Notes under the pieces: model-generated
Seen by the model: only the letters and a program-made list of their open reading frames with translations
Database searches by the model: none
What the model was told of the DNA's origin: nothing
Position numbers and translations under genes: made by a program
From: Lama guanicoe
Lineage: Eukaryota
NCBI GenBank assembly: GCA_013239625.1
Contig: MU054204.1
Span: forward strand, 458,879-522,878
Direction: 5' to 3'
DNA: 64,000 bases
Part shown: positions 53,266 through 64,000 of the stretch, in pieces
How positions within the stretch are numbered: position 1 is the stretch's first letter
Layout of the letters: each line of letters starts with the position of its first letter

Positions 53266-53266
53266 A
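53190..53266. repeat. (AAAG)n tetranucleotide microsatellite
   Basis: About 18 perfect units. Confidence 0.95.
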
Positions 53267-53289
53267 AAAGAAAGTATCTGCTTGAAGAA

Positions 53290-53440
53290 TCCAATGGTAA
53301 TGAACTACATATGGGTATCTACTGCACAGAGCTGTTAGGGAAATTAAATGAACAGATATATAGAAAGGGTTTAGCATGACTTATAGTAATCCCTGTATAA
53401 ATGGGAGCTGTTGTTGTTGCTATTGTTGTTGTTGTTGCTG
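53290..53440 (+). mobile_element. MIR 3' part with (TGT)n tail
   Basis: gagctgttagggaaattaaatgaacagatatatagaaagggtttagca. Confidence 0.55.
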
Positions 53441-53645
53441 TAATTGGGATCTCCTTATCATGGTAACTATGTTCCTGGCCATGTGAGGTTTGCTGTGAGT
53501 CAGTCTTGTGGTGACATCAATTGTGGTCGTGAGGGGAGACAAGTGAGTTGATAGCAGTCCTGGAAAAGAACCTGACAGACAGTGAATCAAGAAATAGATG
53601 AAATGTACCATCCATCCTGCTACACGAGCTTAGGAGTCATCAGTG

Positions 53646-53647
<2 letters not shown>

Positions 53648-53681
<34 letters not shown>
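53648..53681. repeat. (CT)n microsatellite
   Basis: Direct observation. Confidence 0.9.
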
Positions 53682-53684
<3 letters not shown>

Positions 53685-54515
53685 CCTCACTCTCAATCTA
53701 CTACCAAGCTCTATTTATTTTGCCTCTGACCTATCTCTTGACTGACTACCTAACTGTTCTCCCAACGTCTCTTCTTCCTCCCTGATAGTCTACTCCTCAC
53801 AAAAATGTTAGTGTAATCTTATTAACATGTAAATTATGACATCCCATCAACCATAAAATTTGAACACATGCACTTACCTCCACTCCTTTGGCAAACTCAC
53901 TAAAATGATAGTAATTGGGGGAGAGATGATGATAATCATATAATTTTTGAAGGTAGAAAATAGAAATACAAGTAAAACTGATGTCGCAGACTTGAGGAAA
54001 TTGAATCCAAAACTGGCAGTGGGGAAAGTTGATAAGCTATGCAATTCAAAACAAAGAACCTCAAAAGGCTCAACAATTGGTGGTATCAGCACTTCTGGAA
54101 GGGAGGGTGAAAGTAAGGCTGAAAAGGAGAATACTGCTTGAAATTTTTATGAAGCAGTTAGATCCCAAGATCCTCTCTACAACTTCACAGAGTTAAGTGA
54201 TTATCTCTGCCCTTCTCTCCCCAGAAGATGTGTGGTTTATTCTCTGGAGAGTGTAAAACAGGGAGCTGAGCACAGGTGAGGCAGAAGTATTATGTGGAAA
54301 TAGAAAAATTAAGAAGTTTACATATTGATTGTTGAGACTCCTAGGACCTTATCCCACTTGGTTCTCAGGATGCTGGCAGTCAAACTTACAGCCACCAGGT
54401 GGGCTATTGGAATATTCTTTGGGAATATGAGAAATCCAGGAAATGACTTAAAGATGCTGGCATAAGGGGTTGTCCAATGAAATGACTCAGCAGATCATCT
54501 TGCAGTGAAGACCCT

Positions 54516-55103
54516 TGTCATAGACAGATCCTAAGGTGATATTCAATGAGTCCCACCTCCTGATATTCATGCCTTTGTGTAATTCTCTTTCCTTGAATGC
54601 CATTGGACCCGTGACTTGCTTTTAATCAATAGAATATGGCAAAAGTGAAGGGAGGGACTAATTCATTCTCATCATTAAGTTATGCTATAATAGGTGCTCT
54701 ACCTTAGCAAGTTGGAGCCAGGTTTCCTTCTTCTGGACTAAAAAAAAAATAAGAGGTTATGCTGGACAAGCCCACATGGCAAGGAATTGCCAGTAGCCTT
54801 AAGGAACTGTGGGTGGCCTCTAGGATCTAAGGGTGGCCTTCAGCCAACAGCTAGCAATAAGCCAGGGCCATCAGTTATAAGGCCACAAGGAAATAAACTC
54901 TGCCAAAAACCTGAAGTTGGAAGCAAATTCTTCTCCAGTCAAATTTTTAGATGAGAATGCATCCTGACCAACACCTTGATTCAGCCTTTGAGAACTTGAA
55001 TAGAAGACTCAGCTATGCCAGGCTCCTGATGCATAGAAACTGTGGGATAAGCAACATATCTTATTTGTGGTAATCTGTTACACAGCAGTAACAAACGAGT
55101 GCA
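54516..55103 (+). mobile_element. MaLR solo LTR (MLT1E-like)
   Basis: cccacctcctgatattcatgcctttgtgtaat, gtgacttgcttttaatcaatagaatatggcaaaagtga, cagccaacagctagcaa, tgtggtaatctgttacacagca. Confidence 0.8.
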
Positions 55104-55432
55104 CTCATACTGTACAAGTCTCACTAAGCACCTTGATCATCTAATCATATTTTTTAGGAACCTACTTAGAAATATGAGAAGACAGCCAAGGATGATGCAG
55201 TTTCTGAGGAAAGTCTGATATCAAAGATAGAAATCTAAACCAACAAATAAACCAGAAAGTTAAAAGAAACAAAGAGATTAAAAAATAATCATTATTATCC
55301 TCAAAGAGATTAGAGAAACTGTTGCATCCACCAAATAAGAACAGGATGATATATATGGTAAAGAAAAAAAGATACTCAGAAAACAAAAAATTGCTCTTAA
55401 AAATTCCTGCTCTTGAATTTCTTATTAGAAAG

Positions 55433-56214
55433 TGTCATATAATAAGGAATTGTCTGGTCTCTATCCCAGGTTCCTGGAATGGAGCTTTTAAACCCTTGGA
55501 ACTTCCTGAGTGATAGGAGTATCTTTGTTATTTATGGTAGACCCCTGGGACTGTGCCTGAATTGATGTTAATGAGGTGACTTATGGTGGGCCCCTAGGTA
55601 GTTTCAGGATGGGGGCTGGCCTTGCTGAAAAGACCAGCTATATGATTAGAGAGTTGGCGCTTTGAGCCAGATGATATAAGCCCAACTTGATCTCTGGGGA
55701 GGGAAGGGGGAGCTGGAGATTGAGTTCAATCACATGGTCAATAATCCAATCAATCATGTCTACATAATGAAACCACATTAAAAACTCTGGACACCAAAGC
55801 TCAGGTGAGCTTCCTGGTTGGTGAATACATTGTGCCAGGAAAGTGATGCATCCTGTTACTACAGGGTGGGGAGGGAGGTATGGAAGCTCCACTTTTGGGA
55901 CTCTCCCAGACCTCATCCTATGGGTCTCCTGATTTGGGTAGTCCTGCTTTGTATCCTTTATAATAAAAATGTAATTGTAAGCATAGCACTTTCCTGAGTT
56001 CTGTAAGTTATTCTAGGGAATTACCAAATCTAAGGGGGTCCTGGGAACCCATAAGTTGGTACTCAGTTGGTCAGAAGTGTGCTTCGTCTGGGGACTTCTG
56101 AATCTGCAGCTGGCATATGAAAGGAGGGCAATGTTATTTGGAACTGTGCACCCAACCAGGGAAGTCTGTGCTAACTCTGGGTAGTTAGTGTCAGAATTGC
56201 ATTATAGTATTGCA
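55433..56214 (+). mobile_element. ERV solo LTR (MER21-like)
   Basis: TG...CA; aaacccttggaacttcctgagtgataggag, gctggagattgagttcaatcac, gtagttagtgtcagaattg; TSD gaaag/gaagg. Confidence 0.85.
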
Positions 56215-56431
56215 GAAGGGTTGGAAGATTAAACTGATAAAATCTCCCAGAGGTAGAGCAAACAGACAAAGAGAAGGGAAATAGAAAATAAAATATAAGG
56301 AAATTACAGGATCAGTTCAGGAAGTCCAACATAAGAATAACATGACTTCCAGAAAAACAAGTCAGAAAAATTGGAGATAAAACCATGAAATGAATAAATC
56401 AAGAAAATTTATCAGAATTAAAAGATAGTTT

Positions 56432-56573
56432 GGGGGGAGGGTATAACTCAGTGGTAGAGTGCATGCCTAGCATGCGTAAGGTCCTGGGTTCAATCCCCAG
56501 TACATCCATTAAAATAAATAAATAAATAAACCTAATTACCTCCCCCTCCAAAAAAAATAAAATAAAATAAAAT
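56432..56573 (+). mobile_element. tRNA-derived SINE (camelid vic-1-like)
   Basis: ggggagggtataactcagtggtagagtgcatgcctagcatgc...gggttcaatccccagtac; TSD aaaga(t/c)agttt at 56421-56431 and 56574-56584. Confidence 0.92.
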
Positions 56574-57012
56574 AAAGACAGTTTTAATATTTAAAGGGCC
56601 CAAAAAATGCCCAGCACAATGGAAAGAAAATAGACAAGCACTAGGGTATATCAGTGTGGCATTGCACACTAAAGGCAAAACAAAGAACCTAACAACTTCC
56701 AGAGAAGAAAAAAAGGAAGTGTAGCTTACAAAAGATCAGATATAAGAAGGGTTCCAGGCTTCTCAAAAGTTCAGCACTAGAATGAAGCAATGTCTTCAAA
56801 ATTATTAGGGATATCACAGGATGAGCACAATGTCACAGATCTAGAGAGCAATTAGGCCATATTAGAGTAATTCTAAAAGGATGTCTCCCAGAAGACGAAA
56901 CTGATGGAAGAGCCAATCTTCTTAATGTTTTCAATCTTCATATATTAGGAGACAATTTAGTCAATTGGGGAACATATTACAGGTGAAGTAATATTAAGTA
57001 TACAGAAAATTA

Positions 57013-57324
57013 CTAACTACTATATATACAGTAGGTAAACAACAAGGTCCTACTGAATAGCACAGGGAACTATATTCAATACCTTATAATGGCTTATAAT
57101 GAAAAAGAATATGAAAAGTAATATATATATATGTATGCATAACTGAATCACTATGCTCTACACCAGAAATGAACACATTGTAAACTGACTATACTTCAAT
57201 AAAAATAATGATAATAAAAAGAATATGAAAAGGAATATGTGTGTAAATGAATCACTATGCTGTACACCAGAAATTAACACATTGTAAATCAACTACACTT
57301 CAATGAAATGTTTTTAAAAATAAA
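57013..57324 (+). mobile_element. L1 3' end with tandemly repeated tail
   Basis: Two copies of aaaaagaatatgaaaag...actatgct(c/g)tacaccagaaat...cttcaat; TSD at 56996-57012 and 57325-57341. Confidence 0.85.
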
Positions 57325-57779
57325 AAGCATATAGAAAATTAAGAAATAGAATAAACAAGACAATCATCAGCTCCATTAAAAACAGATGTGCAAGAAAGGA
57401 AAGGTAACCATAGCATGTTACGTAACTCAACTGTGTGTAGGATTTCCATAATAATAATAATATAAACACTGAATATGGATGTAATCACATTATGACATAA
57501 CTGTACCAGCAGAGTGGTAGAGTGGGAAGTTTGTCTTTGTGTGTGCATGGAGGCTGATGCTGAAGATGAGCTAAACTCTCCTCTTCCATAGAATACTTTA
57601 ATCTGAAAATTATGTATTAGCTGGATAAGCATGTTATTTGGCTAAAGGAATTCAAAGCAGTTGCCTCTGGGGAGTAGATAATGTGGGCAGAGGTGCTGAC
57701 AGCTGTGACAAATAACTACTTGTTTCTTTAACCTGCATATAAAGTAAAAATTTTAGCAAATAAAAACTACTTTTAAAAG

Positions 57780-58130
57780 AAAATTCAAATCAGATTGTGT
57801 CACCAAATTGCTTCAAACTCCTAGTGGCTTGCCGTTGCAATTGAAATAAAAATCCTCCTTCCCATGACATGTACTGCTCATCACGATCTGAATCATACCC
57901 ATCTTACTTCATTTCGTACCACTTCCCCACCCCATCAGTATCTGGGCTGCAACCACTCTGGTCCACTTTCTCTTCCTCAAATACAACAAGCTTGTTCCTA
58001 TCACACAGCCTTTGTGGTTGTTGTTCCCTCTGCCTGGAATCACCATCCTCAGATCTTTGCATGACTGGATCCGTCTTTTCATTCAGGACCTAGCTAAAAT
58101 TTGCCTCTTTTGAGATGCCTTTCACAATCA
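57780..58130 (+). mobile_element. L2 fragment (3' end continues at about 58990-59250)
   Basis: ttgttccctctgcctggaatc...; ttcaataattacttgtggaatgaatgaatgaa. Confidence 0.6.
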
Positions 58131-58144
58131 GACAACTCCAAATT

Positions 58145-58647
58145 GAGGGACAGTCTAAAAGTCAACTGACCTGGACTCTTCCAAAATGTCAATGTCTTGG
58201 AAGACAAATTAAAGCTGGGACTAGTCTACATTAAAGGACACTAAAGAGACAAGAACAACTACATGCAATTGATGATTTAGCTATTATTTTTACAAAGTTA
58301 TACAGATCATTATTGGGACAATTGGAGAAATTTTAGTATGTATTGTATATTAGATAATATTAATGTATCATTGTTAAACTTACTGAATATGGTAATCATG
58401 TTGTGTATGTACAAGAATGCTTTTGTTCTTATGAGATATATGCTGAAATGCTTATAGGTGAGTGTCATGATGGTTGCATCTTTCAAATGATTCAAGTGAG
58501 AGATAGAGAAAGAGAGTGTTTATAGATATCAAGTAAATGTGGCAAAATGCTAACAACTGGTGAATATTAATGAAGAATATATGTGTTCACTGTATTATTT
58601 TTGTAACTTTTCTATAACATTGAAAACTTTCCAATCAAAAGTTGGTG
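58145..58647 (+). mobile_element. Old L1MC/ME-type 3' end
   Basis: actgacctggactctt...aatgtcaatgtc, attgggacaattggagaaattt, aaatgtggcaaaatgctaacaactggtgaat. Confidence 0.75.
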
Positions 58648-58865
58648 AAGTGATAAAATGGGAGTTGGAGACTTGCAAATACACACTACTATATATAAAA
58701 TAGATAAACAAGTTCCTTCTGTATAACACAGAACTATATTCAATATCTTGTAGCAACCTATAATGAAAAAGAATATGAAAAGGAATATATGCATGTATAT
58801 GTATGACTGAAATATTATGCTGTACACAAGAAATTGATACAACATTGTAAACTGACAGTATTTCA
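58648..58865 (+). mobile_element. L1 3' UTR fragment inserted in the tail of the older L1
   Basis: TSD aaaagttggtg at 58637-58647 and 58866-58876. Confidence 0.85.
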
Positions 58866-61542
58866 AAAAGTTGGTGGGAAAAAATCTTGAACTTTATTCA
58901 GTAGGTTTGTCAACAGTCATTTTGATGAAGAAATTTCAAACCATTTTGGATATTTAAGGATTAAGCAAATAAGTAAAAGTACTGACGAAAGTAGCCCTCT
59001 AGACACTTTCTATCACATCATCTTGTCTTGTTTTCTTCATCGCATTTATTATTTCTAAAATATTTATTTGGTTTAGATATTTGCTTGTCTGTTTAATGTC
59101 AGTTTTTCTCCAGCCTTTATCCCATAAATGCTATTTGAGCGGAGATATTGTCTCTCTTATTTACTTGTGAATCCCCAGCATTCAAACAAGTGCCTACCCA
59201 GCACATAGATTTTCAATAATTACTTGTGGAATGAATGAATGAATGAACGAAGCAATCCCCCAAAAAATCTTGGGTAGAAACGATAATCAGGCAGCTGCAT
59301 TTTTGCCCCAAGGGCCAAATTAAAGCTCTGAGACCCAGCTGGGAAAGGGCATTGTTATTTTAGAGACCTATGAAGCTGAGAAAGGAAAAGGAGAGGGAAG
59401 TCAGCCTCATTCTGGCATTTGGAGTGTGGTTAAAGGGAATAAAATCTACCAGAAATGGCGGTGTGACTCCAAAGGTTACAACTAGAGGATAGGGACTTAA
59501 AACTAAAAGGTGAATGATGACAGTGAGGTCCTGGAAGTGACTTTTTAATGCTTTAATCTCCATCTAAGACAACTGAGTTATGTGACACCTTGTCCTTGCA
59601 AGTCACTTCAATTGTATGAAGACGCTTCCCTGAAATTCCCTCTTCCCACAGAGCCAATGAATTGTGCATTTTTTGCTCACTCTCAGTAATGGAGGAGGAG
59701 AACTATAGGGGAAGAGAAAAAGAGGCACCTAAGAGCAGAGTAGGTAATTCTTTGGAGGAGAGTAAAGCTCCTGCACTCCCAACTCTTTTCATCACAGCAA
59801 TTCTGCCTATCAACCTCTCTTAATTTCCTTTTCTCACCTGTTTCTCCTTCCTCCATCATCCCTCCCCACCAGGCTGGTGCCAGAAAGAAGTGTTTGTGGA
59901 AAGTAGTGGGATAATAAAGTAATTTTGTATAGGGACAATCGTTACTAAAATAATCTCTTTTTTTTTCCATTTTTGGATAGAGATACACACACATTCAAAT
60001 ACTGAATTGCCTCCATTATTGACATCACACCATGAGGGTTCCAAGACAAAATATTTTCCAGTCTTTCTAAACATCATCACCTCAGGAATACTATCAGCTC
60101 TACACTCTCCCCCAACCTCGCCCTACCCTCCCCCTGTGACCTGTCACACCAATGTCGATTACTTCTTTCTCCTTGGCATTAGAGCAATCTGTTTTCTTTT
60201 ATTAGTCTGAGCTCAGTTTAGATCCTTGGAAGTTCTTGACTGGATGGCTGTTTCTTATCAGCTTTTCCCCATATCTAAGTCATGGGAAGTTGAAAGATTC
60301 TACCAAGATCCGTTTTCCTTATCCTCCTACAAATTGTCCTCGATCTCGTAATTGGCTTTCAGGTCCACAACCATCCCATCCCTGCCTGCCTAAGAAGACG
60401 TTTCTCTCATCTTCTCCATTCTGCTGGCCATTCATTCATTATCAGTTAGAATTTCAAATTAGGGATTCTATTAGCATATTGAGTCCATGGAAGCCAAATG
60501 ACCCATGATGGACTGAATCCAAATGTATAGGCAGGTGGTTAAGCAGGTCGGGCCAGCAGCTTTGGCAATGCAGGCACGAAACTAGAGATCAGAACAAAAA
60601 TCAAGAAAGAATTATAATTTCACAGATGACCCCTGAACTAACTGGATACCAGCTGAAGGGGAACAAAGTAGATTTGTACGTGCTTCCAGAACAAAGTACA
60701 CTGTCAAGGATAACTTTTCTCACTGGTTAGTTTCACCATGTCACCCCTATACTCAAACAATCTTCATTGGCTCCCAATTACCTTTAAAATCAAATCTTCA
60801 AAACTTTCAATCTGGCATTCGATGCCTTTTACATCTCCTCTTCTTCCTACTACTTAATCTGCTCTAACCTCATCTCTCATCAACCCTTGGTATGGCCCCC
60901 TACTTCAACCAACATGGTGTGTTCTCACCACCAGATTTCGATTCTTGATCCTCTCCTTGCCTGTACTATTTTTCCACTTCCTCCTTGCTGATCTATATTA
61001 ACTGAATCATTCAAGACCCACTTCAAGAATGCCCCCTTCCAGGAAGTTTTCCTTGATTCACTCACGGTGTCCCTAATATTTTGTGCAAGAACAGACTTGA
61101 AAGCTAGCTGAGCAAGTTCAACTTTTCCCCTCCACTTCCATTTTTCACATGAGAACACTTGAGGCCCATAGGTATTAAATGATTTGTATAAGGTCACACT
61201 GTGAATTTAGTGGTAGAAACTTAATCTGAAGCCAGACTTCTTGATTCCCTTTGTACTTTCCTTTCCACACTGTCAAACGTTGTTCCCTACTATCACACCC
61301 CACACGCACAAGTACAAAGTGTAGTGTCATGATCAGAAACTGACATCTGTGTTTGAATTGTTTTTTGCCTGTATTTGTCTTATCTCAACCACCAAGTTCT
61401 AAAAATTCTTGAAAGAAACAATCGTGTCTCGTATCCTCTTCTCCTTCCCACTGACACCTAAAAAAGACTGTATGCACCTCAGACTGGCAGTAAATGCATC
61501 TTAACTGTGGACTGCTTCATTTCAAAAAAATATAAAAACTGA

Positions 61543-61778
61543 TTCATAGGGTTGGGGATTAACAGACATATATTACTATATATAAAATCTATAAACAACA
61601 ACGACCTGCTATAGAGCACAGAGAACTGTATTCCAGTTCTTGTGATAACCTGTAATGTAAAAGAATCTGAAAAAATATATATTTATGTAGGTATATGTGT
61701 AACTGAATCACTTTGTTATACACCTAAAACTAACATTGTCAGTCAACTACACTTCAATAAAAAAATTAAAAACAAAAC
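61543..61778 (+). mobile_element. L1 3' UTR fragment
   Basis: ggggattaacagac...gctatagagcacagagaact...; TSD aaatataaaaac(t/a)ga at 61528-61542 and 61779-61793. Confidence 0.85.
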
Positions 61779-62074
61779 AAATATAAAAACAGAACCAATA
61801 AAACAAGTACACTCTGAGTGGATTATTACATTACATACATATTCAAAAAGGTTCCTCTAAACAGGGACCTCCTCGAGTGAGTGTGGTTAGAGATCATTAA
61901 CTACCATCCAGAGAAAGAGTGAGAGCTGAGAAACCTCAGGGTAAAAATGTAAGAATCACTGCTCCTCTTACAGGCTCAACAAATAGAGGGGCGTTAAGAC
62001 AGACTTTCCACATTGCGATGGAGAGGATTTACACAGCCCCTGCCTCACAACCCCCAACTCAGCACGGCGCTCTG

Positions 62075-62310
62075 GGAGTTTGAATGACACAAGTTCTAAA
62101 TGTCTGTTTCACCACCAATTATCTCTGTGACCTAAGACATAGCACTTAATCTCAATGGACTTGTGTGTTCTCATCTTTAAAAGGTTAGGGAGTGGGGATG
62201 TGGGATGAAAGTCCAGACTTGCTCGGCCTCACACATTTGTTGTGAGGCTCAAGTGAGATAATATATGTGAACATCCTTTAAAAAGCAAAGGCATTATATG
62301 AACACAAGGT
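62075..62310 (+). mobile_element. MIR SINE
   Basis: tctgtgacctaagacatagcacttaatctc...tgttgtgaggctcaagtgagataatatatgtgaa. Confidence 0.65.
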
Positions 62311-64000
62311 ATTAACTTTTTAAGTCCTAATCCTGGAGCAATTAAATCCTAGGAGACTAGAGCAAGTGAAAAATAACAGTTTTGCATTTTAAGCCCATTG
62401 AAATGAATTGTCTGAACCCTCTACCTTCCTCAGTAAATGCTGTTCTTCATCCCATCTCTTTATTTTATTTAGTAGAGTATTATAAAGGTTGTTATTTTGG
62501 CTTTGCACTTTGCCAAGGTGGCAGAAGTCGGGGAAGTTGGCAGCTGCTAAGACTCAGGAAAGGCACCTATTTCTTCCCTAAATTGCTCTAGAAGGGAGGG
62601 CTGAGGAAAATTGAAGCTATTGGTCAAAGGAGAAAAAGGGCTTCCACTCAAGCTCTGCAGTGTCACACCCTCATTCAATAATGAAAAGAAAATGAAAAAA
62701 AAGAGGGATAAGAGCTTTAATTTTGCCACATTTCTCAAGTTTTCTCTCCTTTGCCTCTCCAGAGTTCCTAATGCACCTAAAATCAAAGAATCTCTGACTT
62801 GGATGGACTTTATTTTGGGTGGAATCAGATAAATGTTGGGGGTGGGGTGAGGTAGCACATTACATACTCAAAGATATGAGCCCACTGTACTGATCTACCC
62901 TTCATCCAGCCCAATTGGGTAACATGTATAACAAATCCAAAAGTCCCACTTTAGGGACTGTGCCTGTCCTGGGACATCCAGAACCATGTCCACCCAAGCC
63001 TCTGTGGAGATGGTCGTCATTCTTATTCTTACGTAGCTCTTGGCCCTTATATCAGTATTGTTCAATTAGAAAAGCACCTCTTAGGAGATCATCAATCATC
63101 TGAAATATCAAATACTGTTTAAAAGCAATGCAGAATAAAAAAAGACACCCTAACTGGTAACCTTCAATGAATCACCCATTTAGCAGAAAATTCCTGAATC
63201 CTTACTATGGCCTCAGCCCCTGGTTAGGTTTTGAGGAAAATACACCAGCATCTAAGTAAATCTCTCTCTGTTAAGAGACCAGTAGACTATAGGGGAGAGG
63301 AAGGTATAGATAAGATACAGCAAATATGCCTCCCTAAGTCAGGCACCAATGAACACATTCTAACCAACCTCCCCTGTGTCCCCTCTCCATGGTCCCGTGT
63401 AAAGCATTGTATTCAATGCTGGGCTGAGGGGAGGCTAAAAAGTAAAACAAAACCTTGCTATAACATAAGCTAATAAGGCAGCTTATGATGTGCTGAGAAT
63501 TTTTTAAATTAAATTAATCATAACAATCCAGCCAGTATATCTCTAGTAACCCACCATCATGGAGCAAAAGCCATGCACAAACAACTACTTCAACTTTCAT
63601 CTTCAAACTAACCTTGCACCAAGAGTTTACATCATACATTTTGGACTCCTTCTGATTAAGTATAGAACTATAGATGAGTATCAATGACCATATATAAAAC
63701 AATAGCTCCAAGTTGTCCCCTGGTGGTGTCCTGCTTGATGACACCCAGTCTATGCCCAACCCCACCCCATCATTCTCCCCAAGAGGCCCTTCTACTCAAG
63801 ACTCTCTGCCTTCAGCCCTTCTAACTATATGCCAGGGCCTAGTGAAAATGAGATTTAAATGTGAGCTAATGGCCCCTTCTAAGGACAGAGATGTCATCAA
63901 AGTCTGAAAGCCTGAAAAGTAAGCCCCAAGCATAGGCTTACTGGCTGGTTAGATCTGGCATTTGTATGTTTCAGTCCTGAACCCTTAGGGTTAAAAGCAG

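Larger units (their letters stand above)
53870..57770 (+). mobile_element. HAL1 / old L1 ORF1-type element, fragmented by nested insertions
   Basis: gggttggaagattaaactgataaaatctcccagaggtagagcaaacagacaaagag...ggatcagttcaggaagtccaacata resembles the recalled HAL1 ORF1; boundaries approximate. Confidence 0.6.

Noticed and set aside
53102..53379. KERK-repeat and FFLS-repeat proteins
   Set aside because: Translations of the (AAAG)n microsatellite
15395..56573. tRNA genes at the six A-box/B-box sites
   Set aside because: They have A-rich tails, TSDs and degenerate stems, so they are SINEs rather than tRNA genes
54388..63735. CTCF-like motifs (gccaccaggtgggc near 54391; ccaccagggga on the minus strand near 63720)
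   Set aside because: Partial matches lacking key positions; cannot be supported from sequence alone
1..64000. The many short 60-190 aa ORFs as host genes
   Set aside because: No recognisable domains; many start at non-ATG codons and overlap repeats or microsatellites; expected by chance in mammalian non-coding DNA
1..64000. CRISPR-like or regularly spaced array formed by the recurring L1-tail and SINE motifs
   Set aside because: Copies are dispersed, on both strands and irregularly spaced, and many have their own TSDs: ordinary interspersed repeats
1..64000. Strand bias of L1s as evidence of a host transcription unit
   Set aside because: L1 and LTR copies occur on both strands with no clear bias

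Overview
AT-rich, CpG-poor eutherian genomic DNA, intergenic or deep-intronic, dominated by interspersed repeats. No host protein-coding exon, rRNA, genuine tRNA or CRISPR array could be recognised, and nearly all short ORFs in the track are chance or repeat-derived. The tRNA-derived SINEs and L1 3' ends suggest a cetartiodactyl, most likely a camelid (inference from recalled consensus sequences). The only substantial ORF is the 3' part of ORF2 in a very young, 5'-truncated LINE-1 (43785-46041, perfect 21-bp TSD). The best observations are retrotransposition by-products read directly from the sequence: an L1 3' transduction (13.4-14.1 kb), a candidate processed pseudogene of unidentified parent (1.37-2.50 kb), four candidate 5'-inverted (twin-primed) L1 insertions, a tandem L1 tail and multi-layer nests. 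I found no evidence of a new biological system. Repeat family names come from recognising consensus motifs, not from a database search, and boundaries of old repeats are approximate.
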